Assembly: GCA_021654395.1 (NCBI GenBank)
Contig: AP024486.1
Location: 30,001-62,000, forward strand
Length of the DNA: 32,000 nt
DNA from: Candidatus Saccharimonadota bacterium
GTDB lineage: Archaea; Micrarchaeota; Micrarchaeia; Micrarchaeales; Micrarchaeaceae
Direction: 5' to 3'
A model generated the notes under the pieces. It was not told the DNA's origin, made no database searches, and worked only from the letters and a program-made list of their open reading frames with translations. Positions 25,851 through 32,000 of this stretch are shown here, piece after piece. Position 1 is the first letter of the stretch. Each line of letters begins with the position of its first letter. The position numbers were made by a program, and so were the translations under genes.

Positions 25851-27335
25851 ATGGCGTTACTAGATATATCTAAGGATATAGGTCCTATAGATGCAAATAT
25901 ATTTGCAAGCTCCAGAGTCTTTATAATAGGTCAATCAGGATCTGGAAAGTCTTATCTTGTTGGCGTAATCCTAGAAGAGCTAATTAAGAATAACATAAGT
26001 TTCATAGTCTTTGATACTGAAGGAGAGTACACAAATATAAAGACAGATAATGTTATTATTATATCTAGTGAGAACGGAGATATCGACTTTAATATAAGCT
26101 TTGACGCGCTTATGAGAAGCATATTAGAGAATAATCTATCTCTAATAGTAGACCTATCTCTAAGAGAAGATAAAGTAGAGATATGTTATAGTATGCTAGA
26201 TGCACTATATAAGGCAGAGACTCTATTAAAGAGGCCCATATTTGTATTTATAGAAGAGGCAGATATATTTGCACCTCAGACCCCTAGCTCTCAAACAAAT
26301 AGCGTCGAGAATATAAGCTTCAGAGGTAGAAAGAGAGGAATATCTCTATTCGTTATAACTCAGAGACCTTCAAGGATAAGCAAGAATGTACTCTCTCAAT
26401 GCAACCTTGGCTTCATAGGAAGGATGACTATAGCTAATGATATAAATGCTCTAAGATTTATAATAGATGACGAATCTATCTTAGATGGCTTAAAGCTTCT
26501 TAAGCCAGGGCAGTTCTACTTCTTCGGATATGCAAATAAGGTAATAAATATAAGAGATAGAAAGCTACAGCATATATCTCAAAATAGACTAATAGAGGAG
26601 AATAGAAGTATAACAGATAAAGACTCTATAATAAAGATGCTGAAGAAGAGCGAGCAAGGGACAGATAATAGAGCCTACATCAAAAACAGTATTAAGACAG
26701 ATGATTATGAGGAGCTCTATGTAATAGAAGACAGTATTGATGAGAGTAGATTAAAGAGATTAAGCTTAGGTGATATAATCTTAAGAAGAGATATATATAG
26801 TATAAAGGATTACTATATAAAGGTAAAGCTATACTCTGCTTATATATATAAAAATGGTAGATACTTAAAGTCTTACGTTGTAGTATATGGAGATAAAGCG
26901 ATATCCTTAACGAAGGGTTATGCTATAGAGCTCTTTAAGGAGAGCAGCAGGTCTTATCAAGAGCTGTTAATCAAACTATATAAGGAAGGATCTATAGAAT
27001 ATAATAGTAATAAGGGAGGAAATGCTATAGAAGAGATGCTTATGCATAGTATAGTAGTAAAGAGAAAGCAAGGCTTCGTACTAAACCCAAAGATCTATTC
27101 AGTAATAGCTAATTATATAAAGATAACAAAGAAAGCAATAGATAAAAGATTGATTGTAAAGCAGGATACATATATAGAGCCATCAGCTATAGTACCAAAG
27201 ATCTCTATAAAGCCCTTTAAGGAGGCATACTTAAGAGTAATTGAACGAGAGAAGAAAGGCATATTTAGCAAGAAAGATAGATTTCTTGTATATAATAATA
27301 GACTAGTAAGACTGGACTTCGATCCAAATATATAG
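25851..27335 (+). CDS. HerA/FtsK-superfamily P-loop ATPase (DUF87-like core) with an uncharacterised ~250-aa C-terminal region
   Basis: Walker A is IIGQSGSGKSYL, only ~25 aa from the N-terminus, so there is no HAS-barrel. Walker B is PIFVFIEEADIFAP. RGRKRGISLFVITQRPSRISKNVLSQCNLGFIGRM is the typical HerA-clade sensor/arginine-finger region. Confidence 0.7.
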   Translation: MALLDISKDIGPIDANIFASSRVFIIGQSGSGKSYLVGVILEELIKNNISFIVFDTEGEYTNIKTDNVIIISSENGDIDFNISFDALMRSILENNLSLIVDLSLREDKVEICYSMLDALYKAETLLKRPIFVFIEEADIFAPQTPSSQTNSVENISFRGRKRGISLFVITQRPSRISKNVLSQCNLGFIGRMTIANDINALRFIIDDESILDGLKLLKPGQFYFFGYANKVINIRDRKLQHISQNRLIEENRSITDKDSIIKMLKKSEQGTDNRAYIKNSIKTDDYEELYVIEDSIDESRLKRLSLGDIILRRDIYSIKDYYIKVKLYSAYIYKNGRYLKSYVVVYGDKAISLTKGYAIELFKESSRSYQELLIKLYKEGSIEYNSNKGGNAIEEMLMHSIVVKRKQGFVLNPKIYSVIANYIKITKKAIDKRLIVKQDTYIEPSAIVPKISIKPFKEAYLRVIEREKKGIFSKKDRFLVYNNRLVRLDFDPNI

Positions 27336-27406
27336 TATATACATAGATTCATAAAAGATCAAATAAGTGTTATTAAGTTTAAGATGTCATCTTTAATTGA
27401 TCGTTT

Positions 27407-28066
27407 ATGGACCTAAATAGCATAAGATGGATAAATCATGCAGGATTTAGGATAGAAGCAGATGGAAAGGCCATATATATAGATCCTTATAAGGTGAAAG
27501 ATACAAGCATAAAGGCAGATATAATACTAATTACGCATCCACATTTCGACCATTACAGCATAGATGATATAAAGGCATTACATAAGGATGATACTGTATT
27601 AGTAATTCCAGAGGGCTGTGAGGATTATAAGCAGTTTAAGAGCTATAAGATAGTAAAACCAGGAGATAAGATAAGTATAAAAGGAGTAGAGATAGAGGCA
27701 GTACAAGCTTATAATACAAATAAGGAAAGATTAAAGTTCCATCCAAGAGAGAACAGATGGAATGGTTATATAGTCAATATTGAAGGCAAGAGAGTATATC
27801 ATGCTGGAGATACCGACTTCATACCAGAGATGAAGGAGCTTAGTAAGCTATACGCAGCCCTACTTCCTATGGGCGGAACATATACTATGGACTTAAACGA
27901 GTTTCTTGATGCTGCTAGGGCTATAGATGCAGATTATATAATACCGATGCATTATAAGATACTGCTTGGTCAGTCTAATAGTATAAAGGCAGAAGAGATA
28001 GTAAAGAAGCAGCTCAATAACGCAGCTATACTTAAGGAGATACAAGAGCCGACGTGGAAGTTCTAA
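27407..28066 (+). CDS. Metallo-beta-lactamase-fold metal-dependent hydrolase
   Basis: It carries the HxHxDH motif ILITHPHFDHYS, later YHAGDTD, and the C-terminal His in IIPMHY. Length is 219 aa, similar to the small archaeal MBL hydrolases. Confidence 0.8.
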   Translation: MDLNSIRWINHAGFRIEADGKAIYIDPYKVKDTSIKADIILITHPHFDHYSIDDIKALHKDDTVLVIPEGCEDYKQFKSYKIVKPGDKISIKGVEIEAVQAYNTNKERLKFHPRENRWNGYIVNIEGKRVYHAGDTDFIPEMKELSKLYAALLPMGGTYTMDLNEFLDAARAIDADYIIPMHYKILLGQSNSIKAEEIVKKQLNNAAILKEIQEPTWKF

Positions 28067-28885
28067 TTACTTAAATCTCTCTGCATTATCTTTTATGTAT
28101 CTAGCTACTTCAACTAACGCATCTGGCTCTAGCTTAAAGACCCTTTGATCACGAAGATTCTCTCTAATACTATCAGCAAGCTTTGTTATATTGCTTATTT
28201 TCAGTATATGGTTAGAATCTATTATTGCATTCCTAAGCTTCTTCTTCTTGTGCTGCATTATAAGCTCTATTATATGATAAGTCTCTTTATCTATATCCTT
28301 ACCTAAAGGCTCTATATATATAATCGAAGATTTCACCTTGGGCTTAGGATAGAATGCAGACTCATCAACGTCCATTATCTTTATTATTCTAAAGTTAAGA
28401 TTTGAAAGTATGCTTATTCTAGAGTAGTTTCTATTTCCTGCCTTTGCTATAAGTCTATCTACAAAGTCCTTCTGTAGGCATAAGACTGCTCTTAGATTAT
28501 TCTCAAGCAGCCATTCTATAAATCTACTTGATATATTATATGGTAGATTTGCTATAACTATATCGACCTCCTTTATTATAGATTCGTCTATCTCAAATAT
28601 ATCTCCGTGTATAAGCTCTAGATTGCTTATATTTGACATATACATCTTTAGTATGCTGTATAGTCTCTTATCTTTCTCAATGGCTATTACCTTCTTCGAG
28701 TACTTACAGAGCCTTTCTGTAAGGAATCCTAAGCCAGGACCGACCTCTAATACTATCTTACCTTCTGAGTGCGCAGCCTCTGCCTCAGCAATTCTCTCAC
28801 TAATCAGAAAGTTCTGTCCATATCTCTTGTTGCTGCTAAAGCTCCTTACAAGATAATCGTAAAGCTTCTGGTCCATATTAATCAT
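28067..28885 (-). CDS. rsmA: 16S/18S rRNA (adenine-N6,N6)-dimethyltransferase KsgA/RsmA/Dim1
   Basis: It contains RYGQNFLISERI, the SAM motif VLEVGPGLGFLTERL and the catalytic ANLPYNISS. Confidence 0.9.
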   Translation of the reverse strand: MINMDQKLYDYLVRSFSSNKRYGQNFLISERIAEAEAAHSEGKIVLEVGPGLGFLTERLCKYSKKVIAIEKDKRLYSILKMYMSNISNLELIHGDIFEIDESIIKEVDIVIANLPYNISSRFIEWLLENNLRAVLCLQKDFVDRLIAKAGNRNYSRISILSNLNFRIIKIMDVDESAFYPKPKVKSSIIYIEPLGKDIDKETYHIIELIMQHKKKKLRNAIIDSNHILKISNITKLADSIRENLRDQRVFKLEPDALVEVARYIKDNAERFK

Positions 28886-28988
28886 TTACTTTAGATATAT
28901 TATCTATTTTTTACATAACTCCTTAATAGCTTTTCTGCAAGCTATTAACTTAGAATATCTTTTAATAATCTTTAATATAAAAGATATT

Positions 28989-30458
28989 ATGGATATAATG
29001 ATGTATAGGCTACAAGCGACATTAGAGCTACTGATAACATACAGCTTTGTACTGCTAATAATAACACTAGCTCTTGCATTTATATATATCTATTATACTG
29101 GCTTCTCTTTTAGTAATTACTACTCTTGTAGCTTTAATAGTAACTTTAACTGCATATATGCTGTACTAGATCCATATAGGATTAATCAATCTGTATTACT
29201 AGTTGAGCTACAGTATAATAATATTGGTGATGCGCATATAAGCAGCTTTGTAGCCTCTATATTTAACAGAAACTTTACAGGCAGCTGTCTGCCAGATAAT
29301 CTAAGCTCTGGAAGTATAGCCTTCTGTTATGCTAATATAACAGGAGTTGTTACCCCTACAGCAAGATATAATATATATACAAGCGTAGCTTCAACTTTAT
29401 GCGGCGTATCGTGTAGTCCAATAAGATCTACAGGAAGCATATATGTAGAAGCAAGTAACTATATTAGCTCGCAGCCGCTTATATGCATCTTAAATATAAG
29501 TATAGATAATAACCAAGGATCAAGCATGCCCTACGGATTTCAAGAGGAGATAAGCATAGATCCACAGAACTACAAGGAGTGTGAAAGCAGCAATCTTGGA
29601 AATTTAAGATTCTATTATAATGGAGATATACTACATAGCTGGTGCTTCTCTAACTGCTCAGATAACTCATCAATAGCAAGATTCTTTGTAAAGCTGCCAT
29701 TTAGCTTGAGCTCTGGTGACTCTAAGACTATTAGCATCCTATTTCTTCCAAGATCTGTAAACTATGATAAAGTATTTGCTGGAGAGAATCCATATCTATC
29801 TAAGGTATATGGCATATATGATAATGGCCAGTACGTATTTAATATGTACTTTAATGGATCATCTATACTGCCAACTTACTACATACCAAGCAATGGAAAT
29901 ATAACTATAGTAAGTAATGCGCCAACCCCATATAATCATTCTATACTTTTAGAGTCAGGACCTTCAGGGGGCCCAACTAGCTGGTTATCTACATGGGATA
30001 GCGGAGTTAACCTCGGAGCTTCATATATAATGCAAGCTTTAGTATATCAGAAAGGTGCAGGATCTGCTAGTCTATTAACAAATATACAATCAAATATAGG
30101 GAATTACTATATATTCTCTAGCGGATTCTCTAACTTGCATTCCATATCTTACTACAATGGTAGCATAAATCAGATATGCAATGGCGCTAGTATACCACAT
30201 AATAGATGGGTTCAGATAACTGCCTTTAGATACTATGACAACTTTAGCCTATACTACTCTAATTCATTTAACCTATCAAACTTTGGAGATCTGATATGTA
30301 GCGGAAGCAGCAGCTCTATGGATAATATAGGAGGATTTGGTATTGCTAATGCTGGTCCTGGTAAGAGCTATTACGCTATAATATTAGTAAGAGAGGCTAT
30401 GAGTAATGGTGGTATGCCAAGCTACTCTACAGAAGGATTCTATGTTATAACAACTTAG
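28989..30458 (+). CDS. Large (489 aa) pilin-leader protein with a DUF2341/LamG-like extracellular region (adhesin-like)
   Basis: The class III-type leader is MYRLQATLELLITYSFVLLIITLALAF. The mid-region NLGNLRFYYNGDILHSWCFSNCSDNSSIARFFVKLPFSLSSGDSKTISILF resembles the DUF2341 pattern (D-x-R-F ... W-x-E ... VWVK-x-P). It is Cys- and sequon-rich. Confidence 0.6.
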   Translation: MDIMMYRLQATLELLITYSFVLLIITLALAFIYIYYTGFSFSNYYSCSFNSNFNCIYAVLDPYRINQSVLLVELQYNNIGDAHISSFVASIFNRNFTGSCLPDNLSSGSIAFCYANITGVVTPTARYNIYTSVASTLCGVSCSPIRSTGSIYVEASNYISSQPLICILNISIDNNQGSSMPYGFQEEISIDPQNYKECESSNLGNLRFYYNGDILHSWCFSNCSDNSSIARFFVKLPFSLSSGDSKTISILFLPRSVNYDKVFAGENPYLSKVYGIYDNGQYVFNMYFNGSSILPTYYIPSNGNITIVSNAPTPYNHSILLESGPSGGPTSWLSTWDSGVNLGASYIMQALVYQKGAGSASLLTNIQSNIGNYYIFSSGFSNLHSISYYNGSINQICNGASIPHNRWVQITAFRYYDNFSLYYSNSFNLSNFGDLICSGSSSSMDNIGGFGIANAGPGKSYYAIILVREAMSNGGMPSYSTEGFYVITT

Positions 30459-30521
30459 TCAAGAATTATTAGGCTATATTAATAAATCTTTTTAGATTTA
30501 GAATATATTATTAGTAGCACT

Positions 30522-30593
30522 GCCCCAGTAACTCAGTGGCAGAGTGCCTGCATGGTAAGCAGGAAGTCGTGGGTTCAATTCCCACCTGGGGCT
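30522..30593 (+). tRNA. tRNA-Thr (anticodon GGT), 72 nt
   Basis: Hand-folded cloverleaf:
- acceptor stem GCCCCAG/CTGGGGC
- D arm ACTC-AGTGGCA-GAGT
- anticodon stem CCTGC/GCAGG with loop ATGGTAA
- T arm GTGGG-TTCAATT-CCCAC
- discriminator T. Confidence 0.85.
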
Positions 30594-30806
30594 AATGAAG
30601 TTATTATAGTAAATGTACAACCTTAAATTATTTTACTTAAATTATCTTAGAGGCTTAGATATATAGAGAGATAATATTATTTTCTAATTGAGCTAGGCAG
30701 CTAGTATAACTCCTCAGATCCATAGTCTTATACAAGATGATTATAAGCTTGATAGCTACATGATGCAATAATGCATATAGCTTGCTCACTAGATCAAAGA
30801 GCTTAA

Positions 30807-31574
30807 TTAGCTGACTGTTATCACTACTGACTTAGATATATTATAGAAAGAGGCATTTATTACATAAGAGCCAGCAGTATTCGAATGGAAGTAAACTGTA
30901 GCATATCCTGTAGCGTTAGTGTTCTGTAGATAGCTACTTAAGAAGCCACCATTAGAGCTAACAACTATACTTGCTCCTGGCAATGGCTTGTTATCGAAGC
31001 CAGCTAAGAATATAGTTATCTTAGCATACTGATTTAAAGAGAGAGATGTCTGATTAGCTGTTATATTGATATATAATGGCAGCACTACAGGAGCATTGTA
31101 ATGTGTAGCTCTTGCATACATATACCCAGAGTAAGTATTTATTGCTACATCGCTGCAGTTCTTGTTAAAGCACGTAGGTGCAGTCAGATATAGCTTTGCA
31201 TAAAACTCTGTTCCTGGGCTTATACCTTTATCTATTATACCATCGCATAGCACTATGCCTCCAGCAGCTATAAAGTTAGGTATACATCCTATACTATAGT
31301 TTGTATTACCGAGCTGTAGCTTTAGCGAAGGGCTACTCATATATAAGCCCTCTATATTATTTGCATATAATATAACCTGGGTTGCAGAGTTATTTATCTG
31401 TAAGACATAGTCATAATCGCAGCTAAAGCCTATCGAGAATCCGCAAGATGTTGGAGTAAATATATAATCATAGTTAACTATTATAAATAGGAGGCCTAGA
31501 GCAGCAGTTACTATTAGTAATGCACCACCATAAGCAACTAGTAGATCTATTGATGATTGAATACGCATTCCCAT
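30807..31574 (-). CDS. Pilin-leader protein (255 aa) with a C-terminal Ig-like (Big-type) domain
   Basis: The leader is MGMRIQSSIDLLVAYGGALLIVTAALGLLFII. The C-terminal segment ITANQTSLSLNQYAKITIFLAGFDNKPLPGASIVVSSNGG...NATGYATVYFHSNTAGSYVINASF looks like a bacterial-Ig-like beta-sandwich. Confidence 0.6.
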   Translation of the reverse strand: MGMRIQSSIDLLVAYGGALLIVTAALGLLFIIVNYDYIFTPTSCGFSIGFSCDYDYVLQINNSATQVILYANNIEGLYMSSPSLKLQLGNTNYSIGCIPNFIAAGGIVLCDGIIDKGISPGTEFYAKLYLTAPTCFNKNCSDVAINTYSGYMYARATHYNAPVVLPLYINITANQTSLSLNQYAKITIFLAGFDNKPLPGASIVVSSNGGFLSSYLQNTNATGYATVYFHSNTAGSYVINASFYNISKSVVITVS

Positions 31575-31661
31575 CAGATAGATTATCTGCTTAAAGCTTT
31601 ATTAAATATGATTATAAAGATTAGAAAGAGGATCTTAATAGATCATATAGATAAAAGTAAA

Positions 31662-31904
31662 TTACGCTATCTGCCTTATGCTTCCATCATAATCTACATT
31701 AAAGATTACTTCTCTATGCTTGTATAGCTTTCTCTTGCTAATATCTGTCCAGCAGCTCTTGCATATAGCTAGTCTGTCTCTCGCCTTAACAACTCCTCTC
31801 TGAGATGCTTTTAGACAGTATCTGCAGATCTTCTTACCACAGTAGTTACAAACATCAAAGTGAACTATCTCTCTATTACATCTTTCACATCTTATTACTG
31901 CCAT
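31662..31904 (-). CDS. Small zinc-binding protein with four CxxC pairs
   Basis: The 80-aa protein has CxxC pairs at residues 6/9, 19/22, 27/30 and 48/51 (CERC...CNYC...CRYC...CKSC). This predicts two Zn sites. Confidence 0.5.
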   Translation of the reverse strand: MAVIRCERCNREIVHFDVCNYCGKKICRYCLKASQRGVVKARDRLAICKSCWTDISKRKLYKHREVIFNVDYDGSIRQIA

Positions 31905-32000
31905 AAGTAATGATTAATAGCATAACTCTTTAATAAGTTATCTTAGACTTATCATATATCTAGAGTATAATTATGAGCTACTTCGCATTGCTTTCGATAA

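Noticed and set aside
1512-28856. Other short antisense ORFs from the track: 1512-1748, 3225-3440, 5415-5636, 5927-6250, 7280-7510, 9347-9691, 10380-10589, 13174-13359, 18236-18433, 27113-27352 and 28623-28856
   Set aside because: Each is fully embedded opposite a well-supported gene (gatA, gatB, polX, gdhA, pilin, eL31, ksgA and others). They have hydrophobic or Ser/Leu-rich shadow-ORF composition and no start context.
30594-30806. A possible C/D-box sRNA: ATGATGC at ~30770 and CTGA at ~30811
   Set aside because: The C box is imperfect (final A replaced by C). No internal D'/C' pair or terminal stem is visible. The CTGA lies inside the stop region of the neighbouring gene. The evidence is insufficient.

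Overview
This is an AT-rich, very gene-dense archaeal chromosome segment using the standard genetic code; TAA, TAG and TGA all terminate ORFs. The archaeal assignment rests on eL31, eL39, eS19, aIF6, prefoldin alpha, the SRP receptor, class III (type IV pilin-like) signal peptides, an STT3/AglB-like oligosaccharyltransferase and a giant S-layer-type secreted protein. Tiny intergenic gaps, many overlapping start/stop codons and QSAMEYLMTYGWA-type pilin leaders fit a small-genome (DPANN-like) archaeon, but the lineage cannot be proven from this window.

Contents, left to right:
- A tRNA-centred block: Trm5 fragment, GlpE-like rhodanese, gatC-gatA-gatB, and a tRNA-Asn that overlaps the end of gatB.
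- An orphan two-gene operon, followed by PolX.
- Two mosaic pilin paralogs flanking gdhA.
- The conserved cluster ftsY-pfdA-aIF6-eL31-eL39-PDCD5-like-eS19.
- A cell-envelope block: three membrane-anchored proteins dense in N-glycosylation sites (N-x-S/T sequons) plus a 1009-aa S-layer candidate, divergent from the STT3-like transferase.
- Two tandem ParB/Srx-fold paralogs, tRNA-Leu and a divergent HerA/FtsK-like P-loop ATPase with an unknown C-terminal half.
- An MBL-fold hydrolase and KsgA.
- Two large pilin-leader adhesin-like proteins converging on tRNA-Thr.
- A small four-CxxC zinc protein.

I saw no CRISPR array, rRNA, transposase or integrase.

Best candidates for something new:
- The ParB-like x2 / HerA-like ATPase locus at tRNA-Leu.
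- The gatB-tRNA-Asn gene overlap.
- The recombination-prone mosaic pilin pair.
- A possible two-component S-layer operon.

All functional calls come from motif recognition by eye. No database search was run.
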